Origin: an uncultured delta proteobacterium
GTDB lineage: Bacteria > Desulfobacterota > Binatia > Binatales > Binataceae
Length of the DNA stretch: 64,000 nt
Direction of reading: 5' to 3'
NCBI GenBank assembly: GCA_963724765.1
Contig: CAVRVY010000001.1
Location: forward strand, 1,312,001 to 1,376,000
Part shown: one piece after another, positions 19,900 to 29,112 of the stretch
Numbering within the stretch: the first letter of the stretch is position 1
How the letters are laid out: each line of letters begins with the position of its first letter
Translations under genes and position numbers: made by a program
Notes under the pieces: generated by a model
The model's database searches: none
What the model was told of the DNA's origin: nothing
The model's input: the letters and a program-made list of their open reading frames with translations, nothing else

Positions 19900-21408
19900 C
19901 TAAAGCTTCACGTACACAGACTTTATTTGCGTGAACAGATCGAGTACGTGCTGACTTCCCTCGCGACCGAAGCCCGACTGTTTGTAGCCGCCGAAAGGCA
20001 TCGCGGTATCGACGATGCCATAGCAGTTGACCCAAACCGTCCCTGCCTTGAGCGCTCTGGCGACCTTGTGCGCCCGGCTGATGTCGCGCGTCCAGACTGC
20101 CGCGGCGAGCCCGTAGGTCGTGTCATTGCTCTGGAACACGGCGTCATTTTCGTCCTTGAACGGGATCGTTGCGGCGACCGGGCCGAAGATTTCCTCGCGC
20201 GCGATCCGCATGTCGTTCTTCACATCGGCGAAGACAGTTGGCTTGACGTAGTATCCTTTTCCGTCTTTCGCCTCGCCGCCGATCGTGATCCTCGCACCTT
20301 CCCGTCTGCCTATTTCGAGGTAGCCTTTCACCCGATCGAACTGTTCCTGCGAAACTACCGGTCCCAACCTCGTTTTCGAATCGAGCGGATCTCCGAGCGT
20401 AAGGCTTTCGCTGGCTTTGGTAAGTTCCCCGACAAAATTGTCGTAAATGTCGCGCTGCACAAAGATTCGCGTGCCGGCCGCGCAGACCTGTCCGGAATTG
20501 TAGAACACTCCGTTCATGGCGTTGCGCACCGCCTGACCCATGTCCGCGTCAGGGAAGATGATATTTGGCGACTTGCCTCCGAGTTCGAGCGAGACGCGTT
20601 TCAAATTGCCTGTGGAAGCCCGGAGGATAAGTTTGCCTACCTCGGTCGACCCGGTGAAGCTTACCTTGTCGATGTCAGGATGCTCGGCGATGGAACTTCC
20701 CGCGCCGGGACCGAACCCGGTAACCACGTTGACTACTCCGTCGGGAATTCCCGCTTCTTGGATTAGTTCGCCCAGCCGGAGCGCGGTGAGTGAGGTTTGC
20801 TCGGCGGGTTTCAAAATCATCGTATTGCCGCACGCGAGTGCTGGCGCGATTTTCGTAACCGCCATCAGCAACGGAAAATTCCACGGGATGATCAGGCCAC
20901 ATACGCCGACCGGTTCGCGCAGTGTGTAGTTGAACAAAGACGAGTCTGACGGATTAGTTTCGCCGTAGATCTTGGTCGGCCATCCGGCGAAATAACGAAA
21001 AGTGCCGGCGGCGCCGACGATGTCGATGGCGCGCGCCTGCGAAACTGGTTTGCCATTGTCCAGGCTTTCGAGCTCGGCCAGTTCGTCCGCATACTTGTCG
21101 ATCAGTTCGGCCATCTTGAGCAGATAGCGCGCTCGCTGATGCGGGCTGATACTCCGCCACTTGCCTTCTTCGAATGCTTTGCGAGCCGCCTTTACCGCTT
21201 CGTCAACGTCCGCCTGGTCTCCCTCGGCCACGAGCGCCAGCACTTCTTCGTTGGCGGGATTGATGGTTTCGAACGTCTTGCCCGATTTGGCGGGCACCCA
21301 TTTGCCGCCGATCAACAGCTTGGTCGGCGAGCGTTTCAGGAAATCCAAGACCCCGCTTACCTTGACGCCCTGCGTGGCCCTTTCGACTGACGGAACTGTT
21401 GCTGCCAT
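19900..21408 (-). CDS. NAD-dependent aldehyde dehydrogenase (copy 1)
   Basis: PWNFP, KPAEQT, FTGSTEVG, LELGGKSP, catalytic Cys in GQVCAAG, EEIFGPV, FGGYKQSG. ATG at 21408 (MAATVP). Confidence 0.95.
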   Translation of the reverse strand: MAATVPSVERATQGVKVSGVLDFLKRSPTKLLIGGKWVPAKSGKTFETINPANEEVLALVAEGDQADVDEAVKAARKAFEEGKWRSISPHQRARYLLKMAELIDKYADELAELESLDNGKPVSQARAIDIVGAAGTFRYFAGWPTKIYGETNPSDSSLFNYTLREPVGVCGLIIPWNFPLLMAVTKIAPALACGNTMILKPAEQTSLTALRLGELIQEAGIPDGVVNVVTGFGPGAGSSIAEHPDIDKVSFTGSTEVGKLILRASTGNLKRVSLELGGKSPNIIFPDADMGQAVRNAMNGVFYNSGQVCAAGTRIFVQRDIYDNFVGELTKASESLTLGDPLDSKTRLGPVVSQEQFDRVKGYLEIGRREGARITIGGEAKDGKGYYVKPTVFADVKNDMRIAREEIFGPVAATIPFKDENDAVFQSNDTTYGLAAAVWTRDISRAHKVARALKAGTVWVNCYGIVDTAMPFGGYKQSGFGREGSQHVLDLFTQIKSVYVKL

Positions 21409-21504
21409 TTTTCGGAATCTCCTGGAAATCGAGTTCGAATGAGTATCGTTGCGAGCGGAGGCGGCCGTGTCCTCAATCGGAACAGCCGCCTCCGCCCGCA
21501 CAAG

Positions 21505-23008
21505 CAAGAGCTTCACGTAAACCGATTTTATCTGCGTATAGAGATCGATCGCATATTTTCCTAACTCACGCCCGATGCCGGACTGCTTGTAGCCGCCAAA
21601 GGGCGAGATTGGATCGATGTTGTTGTAGTAATTGACCCAGACTGTGCCCGCCTTCAAGGCACGCGCAACCTTGTGTGCGCGACCCACGTCGTTGGTCCAT
21701 ACTGCGGCCGCAAGCCCGTACGTAGTGTCATTGCCCTGCAGGATGGGCGTCGTTCTCATCTTTGAAGGGGATGACGGAGGCTACGGGGCCGAAGATCTCC
21801 TCGCGCGCGATTCTCATGTCGTTGTTGACCCCGGTAAAAATGGTCGGGTCGACGAAGAACCCTTTGCCCTTGCCGACCTCGCCGCCGATCGAAGGCTTCG
21901 CGCCTTCCTTCCTGCCAAGCTCGAGATACCCCTTGACCCGATCGAACTGCTCCTTGGAGACGAGTGGCCCAACCGTGGTTTTCGGGTCGAGTGGATCGCC
22001 AGCTTTGACATTGGAAGTGTAGCGGGTCAGTGCATCGACAAAGCGATCCTGGAAATCGCGCTGAACGAAAACGCGCGTTCCCGCACAGCATACCTGCCCG
22101 GACAACATGCAAAATCCGAACATCGAGGTAGCCACGGCAGATTCGAGGTCGGCGTCGGCGAAAACCACGTTGGGCGACTTGCCGCCGAGTTCCAATGAGA
22201 CGCGCTTCAGGTTTCCCGCCGAGGCCTGCAAGATCAACTTGCCGACTTCAGTTGAGCCGGTGAATGCTACCTTGTCGATGTCAGGATGGTTGGCGATCGC
22301 GGCGCCGGCCGTCTCGCCGAATCCGGTGATAATATTGACTACGCCATCTGGAATGCCAGCCTCAAGCACCAGCTCTCCGAGCCGAAGCGCGGTGAGCGGC
22401 GTCTGCTCGGCGGGTTTCAGGATCGAGACGTTGCCGCAAGCGAGCGCCGGTGCGATCTTCCAGGCGAACATGGCGATGGGACCGTTCCATGGAATGATCT
22501 GGCCGCAGACGCCCACCGCTTCGCGCAGCGTGTAGTTGAACATCGAGGGGTCGGAAGGGTTGGTCTCACCATAGATCTTGGTCGCCCATCCGGCGTAGTA
22601 GCGAAACACGTCGACTGCGCCGGCAACCATGCCGCGAGCCAACGAGATTGCCATTCCATTGTTGAGCGTCTCCAGGGTCGCCAATTCGTCGGCGTTCTGC
22701 TGAATCAGGTCTGCGATCTTGAGCAGATAGCGGGCCCGTTGATGCGGACCAATTGTGGGCCATTTGCTTTCCTCGAAAGCCTTGCGCGCGGCTTTTACCG
22801 CTTCGTCCACGTCAGCCTTGTCGCCCTCGGCCGCGAGCGCCAGGACTTCCTCGTTAGCCGGATTGATTGTTTCGAAGGTTTTTCCCGACTTGGCCGATAC
22901 CCACTTGCCGCCGATGAGTAATTGTTTTGGCTTCCTGAGAAACCCGAGCACCGCAGTCGAGCTAACACCATGAGCCGCCTTTTCGATTGATGGAACTGCC
23001 GCTGCCAT
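21505..23008 (-). CDS. Aldehyde dehydrogenase (copy 2), with an apparent +1 frameshift at ~21746 and no stop codon (sequence error or pseudogene)
   Basis: ORF 21728..23008 ends DENDA-HPAGQ, while ILQGNDTTYG...YVKL continues in another frame. After YVKL the codon is TTG where the paralogs have TAA/TAG. Confidence 0.85.
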
Positions 23009-23073
23009 TTTGTTTCCTCCAATTCGAGCGATCGCCCCGTCCGGGTCGGCATAGGCCGACGAACCTGCAACGC

Positions 23074-24579
23074 TTAGAGCTTCACGTAAACCGTCTTGAT
23101 CTGCGTATACAGATCGATTGAATGCCTACCCAGTTCGCGGCCGAAACCTGACTGCCTGTAGCCCCCGAACGGTGAGATCGGATCGATGATTCCGTAACAA
23201 TTCACCCATACCGATCCTGCCTTGAGTGCGCGCGCGACCTTGTGCGCACGGCCTATATTCTGCGTCCATACTCCAGCGCCCAGCCCGTAGGTGGTGTCGT
23301 TGCCCTGCAGCACGGCGTCGTTTTCGTCCTTGAACGGAATCAGCACCGCGACCGGTCCGAAGATCTCCTCGCGAGCTATCCTCATTTCGTTTTTGACGTC
23401 AGTGTAAATCGTTGGCTTTACGAAATAGCCTTTCGCCTGGGGGCCGCGTTCGCCGCCGGCTTTCGCCCGCGCGCCTTCGTCTTGCGCAAGCTTGAGATAA
23501 TCCAGCACGCGCTCATGTTGCTCGCTCGAAACCAGCGGCCCCATCGTGGTCGCCGGGTTGAGCGGCTGACCCAGATTGATCTCGTTTGCTTTGACGGAGA
23601 TCCGCTCGGCGAACTCGTCGTAGATTCGCTCCTGCACGAACATCCGCGTTGCCGCACAACAGATCTGCCCCTGATTGCGAAAGACACCAACCGCCGAAAG
23701 CGCCACCGCCTGCTCCATCGGCGCATCCGGGAAGATAACGTTGGGCGACTTGCCTCCTAGTTCCAGCGAGACGCGCTTTAGATTGCCGGCGGAGGCTTGA
23801 AGGATGAGCTTCCCTACTTCGGTCGAACCGGTGAAAGCGACCTTGTCGATATCCGGATGCGCCGCTATCGCGCCTCCGGCAGTGGGGCCGAAACCGGTCA
23901 CTATATTGACCACTCCATCCGGGACGCCCGCGTCGCAGATAAATTCCCCCAGTCGAACGGCGGGAAGCGGAGTCTGCTCGGCAGCTTTCAGAACCAAGGT
24001 GTTGCCAAAAGCCAAGGCAGGCGCGATTTTCCAACTGATAGTGGCGAGCGGGCCGTTCCAGGGAATAATTTGTCCGCAGACACCGATCGGCTCACGCAGA
24101 GTGTAGTTGAAAGTGCCGGGATCCGAGGGATTGGTCTCGCCGTAGAATTTTGTCGCCCATCCGGCGTAATAGCGGAATGTATCGGCGGTGCGGCCAACTT
24201 CTATGATCGACTCGGAGATTGGCTTGCCGTTGTCGAGCGTTATCAACTCGGCTAGCTCTTCCGCGTGGCCTTCAATCAGATCCGCGATCGTGAACAGGTA
24301 GCGCGCGCGCTGATGCGGCCCCATCGAGCGCCATTTGCCGGTTTCGAAGGCCTTGCGCGCGGCCCTTACGGCTTCATCCACATCGGCCTTGTCGCCTTCC
24401 GCGGCCAGAGCAAGGACTTCTTCGTTTGCCGGATTGATGGTTTCAAAAGTCTTGCCCGACTTGGCTGCAATCCACTTACCGCCGATCAGGAGCTTCTTGG
24501 GCGAATCCTGCAAAAATTCCCGTACTGCGGAATTCGCCCCTGCCGCGGCGCGCTCGATAGATGGAACTGCTGCTGCCAC
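23074..24579 (-). CDS. NAD-dependent aldehyde dehydrogenase (copy 3)
   Basis: Same ALDH motifs (LELGGKSP, GQICCAA, EEIFGPV). GTG start after a GAGGGG RBS. Confidence 0.95.
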   Translation of the reverse strand: MAAAVPSIERAAAGANSAVREFLQDSPKKLLIGGKWIAAKSGKTFETINPANEEVLALAAEGDKADVDEAVRAARKAFETGKWRSMGPHQRARYLFTIADLIEGHAEELAELITLDNGKPISESIIEVGRTADTFRYYAGWATKFYGETNPSDPGTFNYTLREPIGVCGQIIPWNGPLATISWKIAPALAFGNTLVLKAAEQTPLPAVRLGEFICDAGVPDGVVNIVTGFGPTAGGAIAAHPDIDKVAFTGSTEVGKLILQASAGNLKRVSLELGGKSPNVIFPDAPMEQAVALSAVGVFRNQGQICCAATRMFVQERIYDEFAERISVKANEINLGQPLNPATTMGPLVSSEQHERVLDYLKLAQDEGARAKAGGERGPQAKGYFVKPTIYTDVKNEMRIAREEIFGPVAVLIPFKDENDAVLQGNDTTYGLGAGVWTQNIGRAHKVARALKAGSVWVNCYGIIDPISPFGGYRQSGFGRELGRHSIDLYTQIKTVYVKL

Positions 24580-24765
24580 TGGTCCAACTTCCCCTCTTCA
24601 GGATTTTGCGACTAAGATTCTATTGCGGCCTGTCGCCATCGTAAGAGCGAAACGCTCGTATCATGGCACAGGCGGAGGAGGCTCGTAAAGCGAACAAATC
24701 TTTTCAGGCAAGCGAGGATGCGTTCCGAAGATTGAGGAGACGTTAAGACTGAATTCTGGCGAGCT

Positions 24766-27021
24766 TTATTCGTAGCGCAGAGCGTCGATCGGATTGAGCA
24801 GCGAAGCCTGGCGTGCCGGATAGTAACCGAAGAAGACGCCGACCGCGGCCGAGAACAGGAATCCACCGATGATCGCAGTGGGCGAGAGCAGCGTCGGCCA
24901 TCCGGCGATGGACGAGATCGCCTGCGACGCGCCGATGCCGGCCAGTATTCCGCCGGCGCCCCCGACCATTCCGAGCAGGATTGCCTCGACCAAAAACTGC
25001 AGCAGGATATGCACGCGCCGCGCGCCAATCGCCATCCGGATGCCGATCTCGCGGGTGCGCTCGGTGACCGAGACCAGCAGGATGTTCATGATGCCGATGC
25101 CGCCGACCAGCAGCGAGATCGATGCCACGGTGGCGAGCAGTAGCGCCATGATGCGGCTGCTGCCCTCGGCCGCCTGCGCCACCTCGCTCAGGTTGCGCAC
25201 GTCGAAGTCGTTATCCTGGCCGGGCTGGATGTGATGGCGATTGTGCAACGTGTCGATTATCTGATCCATCGCCTGCGGGATGAGCGCCTGGCTCTTCGCC
25301 TGGACGAAGATATTGTGCACCACGCCCGTCAGTTTGGGCGGGCTGCCGAACGGACTGGTCTGGGTCGAGTCCGAGCTGAAGATCGTCCCTACGGTCGGTA
25401 CCGCCGCGTAAGGATTCGAGGGGCTCGGCGTCGGCGCGGTCGCGGGGCTGGTCGAGGGCGGCGCGGCGACACCCAGGACCTTGCGCTCGGCGGTGCTGAA
25501 CGGAATCAGCACCACGTCGTCCTGGTCCTGGCCCCATCCTGACTGGCCCTTGGCTTCGAGCACGCCGACCACCTGCATGTCCACGCTTTTGACCCTGATA
25601 TTGGCGCCGATCGGGTCGGCATGCTCGCCGAACAGGTTGGCGACCACGGTCTGCCCGAGCAGACACACGCGGGCGGCGGAACGCTCGTCCTCCTCGGAGA
25701 GCGGGCGTCCTTCGGCCACCATCCAGTTGCGGATCGGCAGATAGCTCGGCGTCACGCCCTGGATATTGGTGCTCCAGTTCTGCCGGTTGTATTCGACCTG
25801 GGCGAGTTGGCGATCGAGATAGCTTACTCGGGCGACTGGCCAATCGTCCTTGAGGATCTCGTCGGCGTCGCCCACGGTCAGTGTCGAGACGCTGCCGAAC
25901 CCGGCGCGCACGCCGTTGGCCGTGGTTGCGCCGGGCATCACGACCAGCAGATTGGTGCCGAGGCTTGCGATCTGCTCTTCGACGGCCTCGTTGGCGCCTT
26001 GCCCGACCGCGACCATCGCGATCAGCGCGGCGACGCCGATGAAAATTCCGAGCATCGTCAGGATCGAGCGCAGCTTGTTGCGGGCGAGCGCGCGGGCCGC
26101 CGCGCGCAGCGCCATCATGGCGAAAGTCAGGGGCGCGGCGTCGGATTCCGAGAACTCGTGCAACTTCTGCAAATGCTGCAAACCCTGCGAATCCTGCGAG
26201 TCCTGCGAGTCCTGACGGACCTGCGGGCCCTCAGCCGCCGCGAACTCGGAGGCTTCCGCGGGCTGCGCGGCCTGGCCGGCGAGTGCCACGGATGCGGACG
26301 CCGGCGAATCGACCGCACCCGCGATCGCCTGTCGTGCCGTCTGCCGTTTGTCCGAAATGATCAGGCCGTCGCGCAGCATGACGACCCGAGCGGCGAAGGC
26401 GGCAAGCTCGGCGTCGTGGGTCACGAGCACGATCGTCAAGCCCTGGCGGTTGAGCTTCTGCAGCGTGGCCATGATTTCGAGCGAGGTCTTCGAGTCGAGG
26501 TTCCCGGTCGGCTCGTCGGCCATCAGGATCGCCGGGTTGTTGATTAGTGCGCGCGCGATCGCGACCCGCTGCTGCTGGCCGCCGGAGAGCTGATTGGGAT
26601 GGCTGCGCTCGCGGCCCGCTAGTCCCATCAGCGCCAGAACCTCGTAGGCGCGTACCGCGCCCTTGGCCAAGTCGCCCGAGTAAAAGAGCGGCAGCTCCAC
26701 GTTCTCGAGCGCGCTGGTGCGCGAGAGCAGATTGAAGCTTTGGAAAACGAAGCCGATCCGCCGGCTGCGGATTCGCGCCAGATCGGGTTCGCTGAGCGAG
26801 GCGACGTCGACGCCTTCGAGCAGGTAGCGGCCGGCGGTCGGCCGGTCCAGGCATCCGACGATGTTCATCAGAGTGGACTTGCCCGAGCCCGAGGCGCCCA
26901 TGATCGCGACGAATTCGCCGCGCTCGATGGTCAGGCTGATGCCGCGCAGCGCCCGCACCTCGAGGTCGCCAAGCTGATAGGTCTTGTGGAGATCGGAAAC
27001 GCTGATGACGGCGTCTGCCAT
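24766..27021 (-). CDS. macB: MacB-type ABC transporter (ATPase fused to FtsX-like permease)
   Basis: GASGSGKST, LSGGQQQRVAIAR, ADEPTGNLD, RSILTMLGIFIGV, GGIGIMNILLVSVTERTREIGIR, LNPIDALRYE. Confidence 0.9.
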   Translation of the reverse strand: MADAVISVSDLHKTYQLGDLEVRALRGISLTIERGEFVAIMGASGSGKSTLMNIVGCLDRPTAGRYLLEGVDVASLSEPDLARIRSRRIGFVFQSFNLLSRTSALENVELPLFYSGDLAKGAVRAYEVLALMGLAGRERSHPNQLSGGQQQRVAIARALINNPAILMADEPTGNLDSKTSLEIMATLQKLNRQGLTIVLVTHDAELAAFAARVVMLRDGLIISDKRQTARQAIAGAVDSPASASVALAGQAAQPAEASEFAAAEGPQVRQDSQDSQDSQGLQHLQKLHEFSESDAAPLTFAMMALRAAARALARNKLRSILTMLGIFIGVAALIAMVAVGQGANEAVEEQIASLGTNLLVVMPGATTANGVRAGFGSVSTLTVGDADEILKDDWPVARVSYLDRQLAQVEYNRQNWSTNIQGVTPSYLPIRNWMVAEGRPLSEEDERSAARVCLLGQTVVANLFGEHADPIGANIRVKSVDMQVVGVLEAKGQSGWGQDQDDVVLIPFSTAERKVLGVAAPPSTSPATAPTPSPSNPYAAVPTVGTIFSSDSTQTSPFGSPPKLTGVVHNIFVQAKSQALIPQAMDQIIDTLHNRHHIQPGQDNDFDVRNLSEVAQAAEGSSRIMALLLATVASISLLVGGIGIMNILLVSVTERTREIGIRMAIGARRVHILLQFLVEAILLGMVGGAGGILAGIGASQAISSIAGWPTLLSPTAIIGGFLFSAAVGVFFGYYPARQASLLNPIDALRYE

Positions 27022-27102
27022 GAGTGTCGCGCGCTCGGCCAATAGTTGGTTCAATCGCTCGGTCGGAACATCCGCGCCGGATTCGGCGAGTCAGAACGCA
27101 AA

Positions 27103-28298
27103 TCAAAAATGATGCATTCCGCCCATCTTCGGCTGCGCCAGATGCGGCCTGCCGGTAGCCGACCCGGTACTCTCGTCGAGCACTACCTGGTCGCCCGGCT
27201 TCAGAGCGCCGCTCAGTATCTCGACCGAGGTACCGTCGTCGACGCCTCTGGCCACCTGAATCTGGCGGAGTGTCTTGTCCTTGAGCACCCAGAGGCTGGC
27301 GGTATGGTCGCCGTGCCGATGGGCCGGGTTGTCACCTTTCCGCCGCCGCCGGGCGTAAAGCGCAGTGCCTGCAGCGGCACTTTCAGCACGTCTTCCTGCT
27401 CGGCGGTGATGATCCGGGCATTGGCGGTCATCCCGGGCTTGAGCAGCAATTCGGGGTTGGACACGTTCAGCACAACGTCGTAGGTGACGACGTTCTGCAC
27501 GGTGATCGGCGCCTGCCGCACCTGGCTCACGTTGCCGAGGAACGTATGGTGCGGAAACGCGTCGACCGTGAACTCCGCCCGCTGGCCGATACGAACCGGG
27601 CCGACGTCCGATTCGCTGACGCTGGCGTCGACCTGCATCCTGGTCAGGTCCTGCGCGATCAGGAACAGGGTGGGAGTCTGAAAGCTGGCAGCCACGGTCT
27701 GGCCGACGTCGACGTTGCGCAAGACCACGGTGCCGTCAACCGGCGAAATGATATCAGTATACCCGAGGTTAACCTCGGCCGCGTGGAGTGCCGCTTCCTG
27801 TTGCTGGATGTTGGCCCGGTCGAGCTCGATTTGCGCCACCGCCTGGTCGGCGGTGCTGCGGGCGCTGTCGACAGTGTCCTGCGACACGACGTTTTCCGCC
27901 AACAGCGATTGGTTGCGCGTGTACTCCAGCCGGTCGTAGATGAGACTCGCCTGGTCCTTTTTCAACTGCGCCCGGCCGTTGGCAAGATTAGCGCGCGCCT
28001 GTTCGACCGTGATCTGATAGGGGCGGGGATCGATTTTGGCGCAGATCTGGCCCTTTTTGACCTCGGTGTTGAAGTCACAATAGAGCTTCACGATCGGTCC
28101 GGAGACGTAGGTGCCCACCTGCACGGTCACGACGGGATTGACCGTGCCGGTCGCGGTGACGGCGCGGATGAGAGAGCCGCGCTCGGCCGCAACCGTTACG
28201 TAATGGGCCGGGACCGAAGCATGCTCGTGCCATAGCAGGACCATAGCGACGGCGAAAATCGCCAGCAGCCAACCCCAACGCCAAGCAAACCTGCTCAA
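27103..28298 (-). CDS. macA: MacA-type periplasmic adaptor subunit, with an apparent -1 frameshift at ~27338
   Basis: ATGTVNPV, VGTYVSG, IISPVDG, VGQTVAASFQTP, LKPGMTA. The natural C-terminus (LWVLKDKTLRQIQVARGVDDG...GDQVV) lies in ORF 27103..27288 in another frame. Confidence 0.85.
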
Positions 28299-28327
28299 GG
28301 TAACTCCCCCGCTTGTGGTCCTTCCAC

Positions 28328-28397
28328 AGTCAGCTTACGCCCCAGAGTCAGCTTACGCCCCAGAGTCAGCTTAGGCCTAGGATCAGCTTACGCCCCG
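28328..28397. repeat. 18-bp direct tandem repeat, about four copies
   Basis: AGTCAGCTTACGCCCCAG twice exactly (28328-28363), then AGTCAGCTTAGGCCTAGG and ATCAGCTTACGCCCCG. Confidence 0.9.
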
Positions 28398-28408
28398 CGC
28401 TATGACAA

Positions 28409-28456
28409 CGCACCGCGTTGATAGCCTGTTCCGGGCTCAGGCATCAACGCGGCGCG
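28409..28456 (-). terminator. Long hairpin downstream of the 28493..28987 gene (terminator or mRNA-stabilising stem)
   Basis: CGCACCGCGTTGATAGCCTG ... CAGGCATCAACGCGGCGCG. The G-U pair forms on the minus strand and the U-tail is weak. Confidence 0.45.
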
Positions 28457-28492
28457 AGGCGACCCTAGCTGGTAATACTCGAATCTCGCGTA

Positions 28493-28987
28493 CTATTCCC
28501 CAGGCGTAGGAGGCGTGCCGGAAGTATCGCCAGACTGGGATCCGAAAGCCGCCTGAAATATCGCGTGCCGCTGCTGCTGCAATTGCTCCAGTTGGCTCAG
28601 CAACGCGGTGGACTTGCTGGTATTGGGAGCGCCCTTAAACAGCCCTTCCCATACCTTGTACTTCTCCATCGTGAGGGCCTGCTGCGCGCTGGCAAAGCTT
28701 GAAATCTGACTGTCGCAGGTGCCGCCGGAAGCCAGGCAGGCGATCAGGGCCTGATGGGTGCTTTTGACGTTGGCGAAGTCGGTCTTCAGGGCCGCATCGC
28801 CTTTGAACGCCGTATGCATCTGAGAATGGTCAACGCCGGCCACTTTCGCGAGCATAAAGAGATGACCGTCGCCACCCGGCCCGCCGCCGTGCCCGCCCCA
28901 TCCCTGCGCCAATGCCAGTCCGCATGTAGCCGCCAGGACCACGCCGATTGTTGCCGCCACCCGTGAAGCTTTCCGCTTTCCAATCAT
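28493..28987 (-). CDS. Secreted helical protein, possibly Spy/CpxP-like
   Basis: GAGG RBS, signal peptide ending ALA-Q, Gly/His-rich N-terminus (GWGGHGGGPGG), helical Gln-rich body. Confidence 0.6.
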   Translation of the reverse strand: MIGKRKASRVAATIGVVLAATCGLALAQGWGGHGGGPGGDGHLFMLAKVAGVDHSQMHTAFKGDAALKTDFANVKSTHQALIACLASGGTCDSQISSFASAQQALTMEKYKVWEGLFKGAPNTSKSTALLSQLEQLQQQRHAIFQAAFGSQSGDTSGTPPTPGE

Positions 28988-29032
28988 ATACTTCTACCTC
29001 GCTGTTTTGCCCGTCATTTGGGCTCGGCTCTA

Positions 29033-29060
29033 TAGACGAATCCGCGCGCCCAAGGTTACA
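29033..29060 (-). promoter_or_regulatory. Putative ECF-sigma promoter (TGTAACC-N15-CGTCTA)
   Basis: The minus strand reads TGTAACC ttgggcgcgcggatt CGTCTA about 45 nt upstream of the 28987 ATG, matching the AAC/CGT ECF pattern. Confidence 0.45.
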
Positions 29061-29112
29061 ACTCCGCGGCACCAAAACGTGACAGAGCGTGCCTTCCCCG
29101 CGTCTGGGAGGG

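Noticed and set aside
19900-21759. 619-aa ORF read as a circularly permuted ALDH
   Set aside because: It is the frameshifted tail of ALDH copy 2 running into copy 1.
18780-24760. Prophage or genomic island around the Acr-like gene
   Set aside because: GC looks somewhat lower, but there is no integrase, tRNA, att repeat or phage gene.
28328-28397. Possible mini-CRISPR array
   Set aside because: The units are contiguous 18-mers with no unique spacers, and there are no cas genes.
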